A stretch of 64,000 nt of DNA from Ptychomitrium polyphyllum (GCA_973851085.1 OZ316775.1:6014001-6078000); one strand, 5' to 3'. Shown: positions 26,408-38,800, counted from the stretch's first letter. Notes: generated from the sequence alone by a model not told the origin. Translations and numbers: made by a program.

Positions 26408-28385
26408 GGTGGTATTTATATTAGACAGCATGAGGTGGTCAATAATCTACTAAACAACCACAAGTTATGTAGATCATGCTTGATGGGTACAATCTGGCAT
26501 CTTGCAGGATGTTTTTGAGTAGCTACATAGCAGGGTTGTAAAAACAGTTCTCAAAAATTTGGGAAATTTGGAATTTTTTTGAAAATAGAATAAAAATTTT
26601 AAAACAGCATTTTAGTTATTTTGAACTATTTGGACCACTCAAAGTCAATTCTAGCTTAAAAAAAAATCCAAATAATTGAATTTTGAAATGGTAATATTTT
26701 CCCAAAATAATTTAAATACGTGTTCATGGGATGGCAAACTTGCAATATGGCTACCATACTCAAGACAATTGAAGAACAAGTTAGCAATTCTGACTTTAAG
26801 CTGCACCACCTTGCGGTAACAGAACACTGAGAGGGATTTTGATAGTGTCACCTATCAACACCCTTGTATAGACAAACTGGCCCTTCATTGATGCTGGTTG
26901 TATGATGTAGAAAATGTTCTCTCTATACTTTGAGTGAACTCCAATTTGTGAACTTGAATATGGTACAAGTTTAAGAAAAGATATACTACATTTTGTTAGA
27001 GCAATTTCAGGACAGTACAAAATGGTATAATGTCTTGGTTGGAAATTGACCCAAAAATGTGCAAGCAAAAACCACCTTATGCTACAAGTAGAGATTGCAT
27101 GAAGTCCATGCTGCTCACAATCAGTGCTTTGGACTGTCCATGTGCCATGAGAGTGAGTTCCTTTGCTTGGTCTTCTCTAAGAATAGCAAAGGAAGGTGCA
27201 GGTGACCAGTTTTTCTTGGAGTATACAACAAGAAGTCTACTTTGCTCCAAGAAGCCAATTCCATGCTTCCCTTCCCTGGCTTGATTTGCTCACAAAATTC
27301 ATGGAGAAGGTGAGGAACCCTCTGTTTTGGGAAGGTTGAGCATCCAAGAAGGTGAGAGAGAGGGGACACACTGAACCTGGCTATATACAGACCTGCTTTG
27401 GCTAATCTATCACTTGCAAAAGGCACCTTTCGCTTTTTTGGATTATCACATGAGGTTGTGTATGTTATAAGAGGCACAAACATGAAATCACAATAGGTGG
27501 AACGAAGGGTTGATCAAGAACTGGCTCTTGAGGCGTACGAATATCTGAGAAGGAACTGAGTCCTGATTCACACTGGTCACTTTGACATGGATTATCAGTA
27601 ACCATCTAGCCCATATGGTGTAGATGAAAATCAATGAACAATGTCACACGAAATGATAAGATCTGCATCTGTGCTGCATACCACTTGTAAAATTGGTATA
27701 TCTTTACAGTTCTTAGATAAAAAATCCCGAAGTTCTAAATCATACAGTTCATCAAACTGTTCAGTTGAACACATGAACTCATCCTGACTTGTAAGCTCCT
27801 TAAATGCATTCTGCTGATGACAATGAAGGTACAATTAAAGATCACCAGCCATGCATTCTCCTGTCCATCGATAGCTAGCATATATGGTAACACTAAAAGG
27901 GGAGAATATTTTTTGGAGTCCAAAACTCTCACTGGTTCCAAGATCTACTTCCAGAATTTGTAAAACAGATTGAAAACATCTGTGAAGCCCCATCACTACT
28001 TCCGATTGAGCTGAAATGACTATCAGCCTCCGCTCAACTGCCGTTGTATGTACAGAAAGATCACTCTCGACAGCTCTCATAACTGAGCCGTTGAATCTCA
28101 AAAATTGTGGTGGTTTCTTCTACATTAGTTAAAGATAGCGTTGGCACTTGATATCAACAAGGTGCAGGCTTGCGTTGGAATCAAAACGATAGTCAAAATT
28201 GTCTCACAAGATGGGCCCACTGCTGAGGTGCCATCCAATTGAGGCGTCACGAGTCCATTTATTCCACCTGTTGCACGAGGTTTACTAAACATATTAGGCT
28301 TACTAGAATGTAACAAAAAGCAACTCAATTTTATTTAATTCCTCTTCAAGAATGATTACTTAGTATGCAGTTTATGTGAATGATG

Positions 28386-31300
28386 CTAAGGTAAGAAGAA
28401 ACTCACCTTTCCAGCTGAACCTAGGTATTCATAGCTGTCTGCTTTTGTTGTTGACATCTCGTGATCCGTTCCGGCACCAGCTGAGCCTAAGAAATCATAG
28501 CAATCTGTTGACATCTCGGAATCTTTTTCAGCTCCTTGTACTAAAAAGTTTGATCTCGCGGTTAATGAAGGGGACTCTCCACCAGGTTCACAACATTGTT
28601 TCAACCCAAATGACAACTCTCGTGTCTCCCAACCAGGATGCAGACTTTGTAGATCTTGTAGATCCCAGGTATAAGATTTGCAACTTTCATTATCCGGTTG
28701 TACAGGACTCCTCTTCTTAAACCCATCGACCAAAGTCTTAGTTGCACTCCAAAGTGTTGGCTGTTGATCATCTTCATCATCTTCGTCATCTTCATCATCT
28801 TCATAGTAATGCTCCTCTTCCTCATAATGCTCCTCTTCATCTTCTGTCCGATTTACAATGAAATGATTGTTTTGTAAGCGGAGGCAAAACAAACTCTGTT
28901 GGTTTTATCCTCATCACTGTAAGACCTTCAGTTATCCCAAAATTCCTAATATCTTTTTTCAATAGGTGGAGCCAGATAAAGGGATGCTTTCTAGAAGCTA
29001 CTAGAAGCATAGTCTAGTCCGGAAGCTAGCAGGATCATAAGTTTCGAAACTATCATAACAATTGCTTTGCTGTGAGTTTCGTGCTGTATGCCTACTATTC
29101 TCCATCAAAAGGACTACCATGTCAACACTAATAAAGAAAAGGACATGTCATCATGATTTTTTAATGGAATCTTTCATAGTTTCTCATGCCAAAAGTAGTT
29201 ACCTGCGTCTGAACTGATTCCTAAGAGCTGGTGGACTTCAAAGTTGCTCAACTCTTGTGGTGCATTGCAATATGCCCTACCAAGGTCATACCAGAAATCA
29301 AATAAGTACTGATTTTAAAGCACGCAATCTACAATTTATCAGTACAACGTTCGTTATCAGATGAGTTTCCAAATTAGATACGTGGAAAAATAAATCTGAA
29401 ATGCTTTTTGAGTTAAGAGGCAATAGCAGTAGAGGAAGAGAAACAGCGTAAGGAGGATACCTTTTCAGGTCTCGATCATTGTCAGCACAAACCCAGCGCG
29501 CAGGGACAAATGTATCGAAAGGCAACCTTCTCCAGCTCCCACAATCGTTGCACTTCACCCATCGATTCTCCCTAAAGTCCAATGCTTCTATGTCAGTTTA
29601 AAATTTTCAAATTCAGATTGAAAAACTCCATAATAGTTAGTGTGTACAAGCTATGTCCAGATGACTAATTTAATCCGAATTTACGTATGAATCTTACCCA
29701 TACATAGGGCTGCAACACGGTCTCTTGATAAGAATAGGAGGCTCCTGCAAGGCAAACTTGGCTTTAAAATTGTATACAAACAGGTTCTTCTCATGTGGAG
29801 ATGCAACTGAAACCAATTTTAATTTCTATAACACAAACAAAACAGACTTTTTGATTTAGAAAGTCACAAATAATCACCTCGTATTCCTCAAAATCGTTAC
29901 CCTCTATGGTAACAACAGTTGGGACAACACCAGGAGCTGGTCGAAGAAGATCTTGGATGTCCTTCCATTCAGAATACTCTTCCACATTTACTCGAAGCCT
30001 CTTTCTTTGTGAGCCAAAAACCCCTCCTATTCTGTCCACGTGCTGGAAGTCTTCTGGAGTAACAGACCGTACTCTGCGTGGTAATATTTTCTCTCTTGGT
30101 TCTACGGGAACTTCACCTACTGCCAAGTGATCAATAATGTTTGATCGGTGGGCAAGTGAGATACGTGGGAAATCGTTCTTTCTCTTCCTCTTACGATGAC
30201 TTGCCTCATCAACTGCCATTGTTGCAGGTCTTCCTTGTCGAGGAAGGACTTCATCATCAAGAGATGGGCTCCAATCATTTGCAAGATATCTAGCGCCGTT
30301 TGAGAATTCTGCTTCCTTGAACCGATCCTTGGGAGCGTGACTAGCAGTTAGAGCCTTGGATTGTTTGGTTTGCTGCGAAGGGAAAATATCAAGTAAGGCC
30401 AGACTCTGATTTAACAACGGCTTTAAATTGCAAATTTCTCTATAGACCAGAAATATTCCACGAGGGGAGTAAATGTCTAACCTTCAGCTGTGGAGATTTT
30501 TGAACGCGATCCTTGACGCTCATATACAACGTCCCTTCTGGCTCCAATCTGCTGAAGAAGACTGGTCCGAAAGGAGCAGACTCCAGTAAGCGTCAATGCA
30601 TAAGCTCTTGCCCCGAAACACGCATGAAAACCCAACGACTCTAAAGTGCATGAAATGCATCTCAAAAGTGGATTACTACGCGTCAGCAATTTCCATGTCA
30701 AGGTTAAGAACATGGCGAATACCCGGGCTTGAAATAAAGCTGAATACATGTAATATATAATAGAAAAACGTTTCATTTTACATAGGGAAAGTGTACATGT
30801 TGCACCTGTATCACCACCAGTTAGGTTCTCGGATTGAACGAATGGATAAAACTTCTTGAAATAGTAGATTCGACTGTCTTTACTGTGCCAGAAGCAGAAT
30901 TCAAAGGACCATTCCTTGCCTTTGTTATCCAGAAGTTTCATCCAAATACCTCCTGGCTTGTTGATTGGCGGAAAGTGTTCCTATTATAACAATCCTTAGT
31001 TTGAGTAGCGATTCATGTTTTAACCTGTACAATTAGCATAAAGTTTCCAGCAAGCAAGGACTAATAGAACATCACATCTAGACCATCACATCTAGTCCAG
31101 CACATCTAGTCCAGCACATCTAGTCCAGCACATCACCCAGCAAGCATCACAAAACCGCACCTCAACTTTCCGCTTAGGAAGAACAAAATGCCCAGTGCTT
31201 CGGCAGTCGGTAACGCTTGCTACCTTGTCAAACAGATAGGTCATGCTCGCCCCCACACTAAAGCTTTGTCAAGGACCACTGAACATAGTAACAACTGGTG

Positions 31301-32157
31301 GCTTGTTGCGAAATAACAAATTAGAAGAGCTTGCATTGAACTCATGACATACTGAACCTGACTTTTCATACAACATTTAGCTCCAATATAAGTGGATACA
31401 ATGGCGAGTTCAGGCTGATGTGAGGACCATTTATAGACATTGATCGAGGAGGCATCGCCAAGCCGGCTCTTCCCTTTCCAACTGCCATCGTTTATTTGGG
31501 TCAGAAATGCATTAAATGCAGTTGAAAGTTGCAAAAACAATTGTTGCTTAAGCGAACCTGGAAGCAATACAAATATTTTCTCTGAAGACAAGCAGAGAAA
31601 TACAAAAGAAGGTTTCTGTTGCTTACGGCAGATGATCCCATTGACGCGAGTAACTACTTCAGTGTTTAGGTGCTCACTTGAACTCGGCCCATTGTCATTA
31701 GGTTCCTTCCTCCGCTCGCCAGGCTTGCGCTTGACAGATCCTCGAATTTGTTGTTTAGGTTTCATTAAGTTTTTCCCTAAGACGGATGCTACTAGTAAAC
31801 TTGTTCCACCTGCCAGTTTCGAGCCTGAGTAAACAATAGCAATATATAAGAGGGACTAGAATCTCAAAATCAAGAAAACCAAAGCAATTTGTAAACACCG
31901 GATACTGAAAATGTGCCTCAAAGGACATACATATCAAATATCTGGGTCCCGGTACCTGGAACCTGGCAAGTGGACAATGTTGTTGCCAAAGCGTTAGAGC
32001 TTTTCTTCGTGATACCTTCCTGAGTTTGGACTGTCTTTCCAAATATATGAAAATTATCTATCTTTTCCATCGACATCTCCTCCTGGGAGATGTTATGTGA
32101 TACTACGGCATGCCTGAATTGGGTTTGGCTGAAAGTCGGAAAATCACCACTAAGCAT
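28386..32157 (-). CDS. Divergent VAL/HSI2-like B3-domain + CW-type zinc-finger protein. Approximate exons 32157-31956, 31824-31627, (uncertain exon ~31557-31358), 31257-31161, 30980-30806, 30561-30482, 30372-29878, 29744-29698, 29571-29461, 29276-29203, 28843-28407; 3' end uncertain (may continue to ~28125)
   Basis: Spliced B3: YLFDKVASVTDCRSTGHFVLPKRKVE|EHFPPINKPGGIWMKLLDNKGKEWSFEFCFWHSKDSRIYYFKKFYPFVQSENLTGGDT|VFFSRLEPEG. VAL-typical linker EWKDIQDLLRPAPGVVPTVVTIEGNDFEEYE|EPPIL. CW finger WVKCNDCGSWRRLP...WVCADN...|AYCNAPQE. Acidic C-terminal tract. Confidence 0.8.
31074..31135. repeat. 14-bp minisatellite (CACATCTAGTCCAG, ~4 copies) in an intron of the B3 gene
   Basis: Directly visible tandem units. 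Confidence 0.85.
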
Positions 32158-34671
32158 TGGTTCTTAATTCTCTTTCTTCCCTAAAAACTCTTCCACATAA
32201 TCTGTAGCTTTCTCTGTTTCCATCAAATTGTTCTTGTTCATCTTCGAAAAATATCTTGCTTCTTCATATCCAAAAGTGATGAGCTGCCGCCGCCCTAGAC
32301 CTCTGTATCCTTGTCTATGTCCCCTGCCTGCGTCCTTGCTACTTGTAATTCATTTCATTATGTAGTCTCAAATGCGTACACCATTCTCCTTTCTCCTTAT
32401 TGTCAGCATCCAACTGTTGCAAGCAGTGAATCACATCAAAATCTTAAAGGGTCTATTGGCTTCTCAGTTGCGGGGGTGTCATGTTTCCAAAGGTCTCTTA
32501 CTCTTCTGTTCATAAAAACAACAAACCATCCACTCTATTAGTTCGCACAGAGTTGATAAGCTCCCACAAACTGTTTTACTGCTCATTTCGTGAATCCAAA
32601 TGATATTCTACACACATGACAAAATTTCGTACGTCAAACAAGATAAAATCAAAGAGGTTTTCTGCATGAATCCGACAAGTTCTTAGACCAATATTTTCAA
32701 ATATAACCTCTGACTTTGGGTTTACATACAGAATTCGAAAGCATCAATAGGATGTGTTTCAATATACGCAACATGGCACTCATGTTTGCAGTAAAAGAGT
32801 CTTCTAAAACGCCTAGCAGATTCAACGCATAACAGCTCGGCTTTCCTGACACTTATTAAATTCCATTTGGTATGTCAACGGCACTTCACCTGGTTCTCTA
32901 GTAGAATACAAAACCTAAACTTTCATACCCACTGCTCATTGCTGGAAGACCATACAAAAGCTTGAGTTCGATTAAATCACGATAAAATACAGTTTTCACA
33001 ATCCAGGACTGCACATACATGTGAACTTGAAGTATTGAATGCGCTTCTGAACGACACGCCAGAAGAAGGGTAACGAATCACCCTGATAAACGAGTCACCT
33101 TGATAAACGAGTCACCGTGGCATTCCTCAATCCGCTGACCGATCTACCTATCGCCTAGGCTGCGAGGGTTTGTACACAAACCCGAGGATATCGACACAGG
33201 AGCTACAACATCCCAAGCAGTCTGCATGACCCAAATGATTCTTCGTCTCAGTTTATTGTAGCCGACACGTGCTCAACTGAACTCCAGAGGCCCCAAGACT
33301 CCAACGCGCGTTACGTCCCCGGCCAGTAAGTGTAACCGTCGCAAAACAGAGTCAAGAATACAAATCGCACTCAAGTGCAGCCGCCGCACAAATTAATGAT
33401 TCACACCAAGGCATGATGTGAACGGATTATGTCCTCCACACACCTCTAGAATGCTGAAGTCCTTCCACAACCGTCGACCGAGAGTCGATTCAGCTTACAC
33501 ACAGCTGATTGCTAGCAAGAACTATGTCAGTCTGTTTCCGAAACCTTGACCCCTCTCGTTTATTCATGGCTCCCCAAAATACAACTTACAATTCAAGAGC
33601 CTTCATCGCGCCCCGATTTGCTAGTACATGGCAAGCTGTCGCACACGGAAATGTCGTTTCTAGAACCACGCCAAAGGCAACTTTTCAATGACACGATTTT
33701 CGACCTACAACGATTGGCTCGGAAGTGACGGATTCTGCTTATCAGCGGCAACAGGGGCGTGATCTTTGGGGCCCAAGTTCCAGCCCTTGAACCTAGACAC
33801 AATGACATGAGATAAGAGCAAGGTGCATTGGAGAGAAGAGAAAGCGCCCCCCTACAAAACAAAAATAGTGACTATGGATGCGAGATGCATGACTACCGAA
33901 TTACGATCGAAAGAGAAAATAAATAGTGTGCCCACAAATGGAGTTCGATAACGCAGAGCCACCGTGCTTGAGGGTCATGCGAATACAGACTACAACCAGC
34001 TACTAGTGTCCATTGGCGGCATACGCTTCTTGGCGCTACTGTGTCAATGCAGTTACTCGTCCATGACCTTAGCTTCAGACAATTCTAGAAAGCAGGCAGG
34101 TTGTAGCTACGGCAGCGTCATTGTCTAGAAGCGCCGTTCCCACACAATGCAGCGAATAATTTCCTGAAAAGAGAGAAGACGAGGAAATATTTTGCAGACT
34201 GCACGAAGAAGAACGTCCTGCACTACCCTACATAGGGCGCGCGACACACTGAGGGTTCATGGTGGCCACTCACGATGGCCTCAACCGAGACTGTCATAGA
34301 AACCTGGCAAACAAAAAGGAAAGAAATACCGCTTTTGTTCCAAGAAGAGGAAGTCTCCAGAATTATTCCGGAAAAAAGAAAAGAAAAAACACAATAGGAA
34401 CTCTCTCTTTCCACAAGCTAGGAAGACTCGCAATGATGGTCCCCAAACTGCTTCCCAACACTCTCAGACCCCGTTACGATTCCAATTCCCTAATCAACCA
34501 TTCCTAGACAACTCGAGAAAACCAAAACCAGAATAAAAAATAAAAGAGATGACAAAAGAAAAAAACCAACACCACCAACACCACCACCAAGAACCACCAC
34601 CCAACACTAAAGCTCCCAACTTTCAATCGCGACTGTGAAACTCCATGACACCGATGACATACCAGCGCTTA

Positions 34672-35300
34672 CTCGTTCCATCAGCACATGGAATGCAGAC
34701 ACGTTGTTGAAATCCACCGACTGGCTGCAAACCTGCAAAGAAACCACCACACAGCCACCACGTTACGATGATTCTTGGCTGAGAAGAGACAGGGTGGGTG
34801 GACCGTAATCATCAAAAGTGCAAGGAAGTGCAGCGTTGATGACATTATTGTTACGGAAGTTGGGGCTACTCTTGGTCTATCTCTCTCTTGCATGCCTGCC
34901 TGCGTACCCTGAGCGCGAAGAGGAGCCACGCGAGGGAGGAAGCAGGCGAGAGAACGCAGCGTGCGAGGTAGCAAGTACATACCCGTCGCGGGGGTGACGT
35001 TGGTCCAAGAAGTGGGAGGCCCAAGAGATGGGGAGCGCAAGAGATGGGCGTGATGATGAGGAGTTGAGGCAGCCAGCGAGGGAGAATTCCGTTACTAGAC
35101 ACACTACAAGGTTGCTGCAGTACAGCATACGGCGATGACGATACCCGGGTCATGTACACTCGCGTCCTGCAGGCAGCGACGCCATGCCTGTTTGCCTGCC
35201 ATTCGCGCCTGAACTGCCAACCCCATCTCATCATCACGCCCTACCATCTCATCTCTCGCACAAGCGAGCAAGCAAGCATCCCCACCTCCATAGTCCAAGA
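34672..35300 (-). other. Probable non-coding 5' exons of the B3/CW gene
   Basis: Minus strand shows tttgcag|exon|gtaagc around 34724-34672 and a further donor (gtacgc) near 34906. The region is GC-rich and CT-rich, as typical of 5' leaders. Confidence 0.4.
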
Positions 35301-35848
35301 TCGTCGCACTTCTTCACGACATGGCTGCCATCCAATACAAGAGGCCGAAACGGAATGTTGGTTGCCATCCCCTGGTGGCGGCAATGTGTCGTGTCGCTGT
35401 GCTCTAGGCCCCACTGAGCGAGTGAGCCAAGTCTGGGATTTCTGCGTCGGTAGGCCGCCATGTCGGCCTGGTAGGTTCTGGAACTTCTTCGGGTAGGGCG
35501 GTGCGGGCTGGTAGGTCGGAAGCAGCAACTTTTGTATACTTTTTGGTGCCCTTTTGGTATGCGTTCTGTATGGTGTTTTGGATGGGTGCTGTGTTTGGCG
35601 CATGCGTCTGACATTAGGGTTGCAGGGTGAGGTTGGATTTTGTGAGTGTTGCATTGGGTGCTGTGAGTGTCAGATGTCAGGGGATCGGTTTGCAGCCTTT
35701 CGGAGTTGGATTCTCGTTCGAGGGTGTAGTATGTGTGTGCGTGGGCGTGCGCCCGCGCGCTAGCTACTACCGGTTTTTGGAAGGTGGTGATGCTGGGGAG
35801 AGTGAGTGAGTGGGTGAGTGAGGGGTTTGGATTCCAAGGTTTGGGAAG

Positions 35849-38800
35849 ATGTCGCGGAGGGAGAAGCGGAAGGAGTTGAAGAAGGTGAAGAGGAAGCAGC
35901 TGCGGCGGGAGGTGGCGTTGCTGAGTGCGCAGGAGGAGGGGAAGGAGGACGAGGAGGCGGTGATCCGACAGCAGAGAGAGGAGGACGAGTTTTTGGCGAA
36001 GGAGCGAGCGGAGCACGACGAGCAGGAGCGTTTGTGGCTGCTTCGAGAGGAAGAGGCGCGCGAGGAATGGCTGCGCAAACAGGAAGAAGAAGCTGAGAGA
36101 AAGGTTTGCATTTTCAATTGTTCTCTTCTCGTTTCTGCGGTGCGGGGTTTTCCCGAATCGATTGCGGATTCAGTTCAGTGCAGACGTTTCTTTTTGGCGA
36201 GCGTGGTTTCTTGGAGCTGAAGGCACGATATGATGCTTCAAACCCTTTATGAGATTTTATGCACATTTCTTGGGACTGAATTTTTGGTAAAAGTAGGACT
36301 CGAATCGCGCCGGATATAGCTTGGTACACCTTCGTGGTTAGAGTCTCTCGAGCTAGGACGATCAGGACGCAGTAAGACCAGCTTCTGTCAACTATGATGA
36401 GCGCCTTCTGATCGAATTTCAGAAGCCGCTGGTAATCTGTGAATTAGGGTTTGACAAAACCGAAACCGAAGCAACGCTTGCAGTGAAGTTCAAATGGTTT
36501 CTTTCCGAATACAACCCAATGTTTTCTTTGTGAGATTGGTATTTGCATCGCGCCTTAATATTTGTACGCTAGAGTTTGTGCGGAAGTAGGGCAAATTCTC
36601 AGTGGTGGCTATCTTGATTTCTGTTGGGCGATTTTGAGTTGGGCTGGTTGTTATCTGCAGCGGAAAGAGGACGAGCGAAGTCGCAAAGGCGAGGATGGTG
36701 AAGAAGATCTTGAAGAAGGTTGGGAATATGTGGAGGATGGTCCTGCAGAAATTATTTGGCAAGGGAATGAGATCATCGTGAAGAAACCCAGAAAGAAAGT
36801 TAGGAAGGGCACCAACTCAAGCGTGCTCGGCGTTGAGGTAATCATGATAGTGTTTTTGTTCTGTATTTTTTCGTTCAGTCCTGCGTAGTGTTTTTATTCC
36901 CAGTGTACTTTTAATTCTTGCGAGTCTTGTCTCCGTATTCTGTGCAAGATCCGTGTACAACCAATCATCTTGGATCCAGAGTTCGGGATCTAATTGATGA
37001 CAGCACTTTTCACACGTCCTCTGTATCACATGATATTTTGCACATCCACTTGAACTTAGTGCCCACTTAAGATGGAATTCAACTACACTAGTTACCGAGC
37101 ACTCTGCAGTATATCTCTGTCGATTTCTAGGGTGTCTTTTTAAGAGCTGGAATGATGTAAGGGAGACAATCTTGTAGAGTTAAATACTGGTTGCTGAATT
37201 TACGTCCTACTCTGAAACAGTTCCGGCTCTTAAGTTACCCGAGTTCTTGTTCTGTGATACAATTAACTAGAGGGTCTGCGGAACAGACAACGAATGAAGT
37301 CATTTTTGCAAGACCAACGCAAAACTCCAAACTCATCTTTGAGTTTTATGTAATTGCTCAAGCTGAGAATTATCAGAGCTTAAAAACGGCTTGGTGTGTA
37401 GTTCGAAGTCGCCCTTTTGTCATTGTTTTCAAGTTGTCATTCTAAGCGCAATCTATGTAAATGACTAAGTCTGGGAAGTCTACTCGGAAAATCAAGCTGT
37501 TATCAAGTTAAATAAGACTTTTATCATGTTTGCTGCGATTGTTCAGCAGGACAAGAATGGACCAACCTCAAATCCTCTGCCTCCTCAAAGTACTGCTTTT
37601 TCCAGTTATCAGGCGAATACACAAGACCTTGCTGATCAAACTTCGAATTTTGGAACGGAGCAGGTGAAATTATTTTCAAATTCAGCGTTTTAAATTTGTG
37701 ATGAGGCTTGAATACTTGTGTTCTGTTCTGTATGACGGGGTGTGAAAACACTAAGAATGTCACTGCTTATGAAGATATACCGGTACGTAGTAGACTTGAA
37801 AAAGTATTTTATTTTCACTGAGCGACTTACCCACTTATGCTGGTCATGTACTAATGTCACAGGATAAGACGAACTGCCCATTCTACATCAAGCAAGGCGT
37901 CTGCCGTTTTGGTGTGCGGTGCAGCCGCCTGCATCCAGTGTTCAATGAAGCGTGTACTCTTTTGATGCGTTCCATGTATACTGGGGCTGGCCTAGCTTTG
38001 GATCATGTTGAAAGCTTAGAGGTTTGTGCTGGCATCAACATCCTCTTAACAATATTACCTCTGCTTGAGAAGTTGTATGGGAAGCCAATGTGCTCTACTT
38101 ACTGAACAGTATCCACCATGTGTAGACAAGTGTGTGCATGTAAAGCAATATATGTTTTTCAGTCTACTCGATGAGTCATTGAATTCAGAAGATTGGGAAT
38201 TTCCATGAGTTTGGGACTCTTTTCAATCTACTCGTCTTGTAGATTTGGTGGTCAAGTGACTAGAGGATGTAGATTTGAAGGAGTTCCAATATGATGGAAA
38301 TTCTCAATCTTCCGATTTTGATGTTATGCTTGTTCTTTACTTCGGATTATGTTGGACGTTGGTCATTTCCAGTCTTGCTTAACTATACTTCCTCAAGGCA
38401 CCAATGTACCTTCACACAAGCTTTACCTCATGGAGAGATGAGCAGATGTTGAAGTGGCAGCATGAGAAGGAAGCAGCCATATGACGTATCCTGCCTGCAG
38501 AAAGCTGAACCTGCTCTTATGTCATGTTGGATCTCTCTTGACAGGGTGTTTTCAATTGTTATTGATTCTTCTGTTTGGAATAAACGAAAAGTGGAATGTA
38601 GTGGCGATTTTGTCAGGATCATGTGGTTACTTGTTTACTGAGTCTTTAACTATTATTGTTTCTTATGTCCGATCCTTTCCTTGACACCAGTGGTAGATGG
38701 TGAAGTGGCATCTGGTCGAGCAATTAAGTGGTCAAAATGTTCATTATGACCATTTCATCTAGTGTGCCTTATTCTGGTTGACAGTACACTGATGAGGAGG

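Noticed and set aside
35249..36117. Minus-strand ORFs of 255 aa and 116 aa
   Set aside because: Antisense shadows of the Glu/Arg-rich first exon of the ZRSR gene.
38109..38117. Second U12-like 5' site GTATCCACC in ZRSR intron 4
   Set aside because: It is a weaker match to RTATCCTT and is not arranged as a close tandem pair like a USSE. Noted only as possibly auxiliary.
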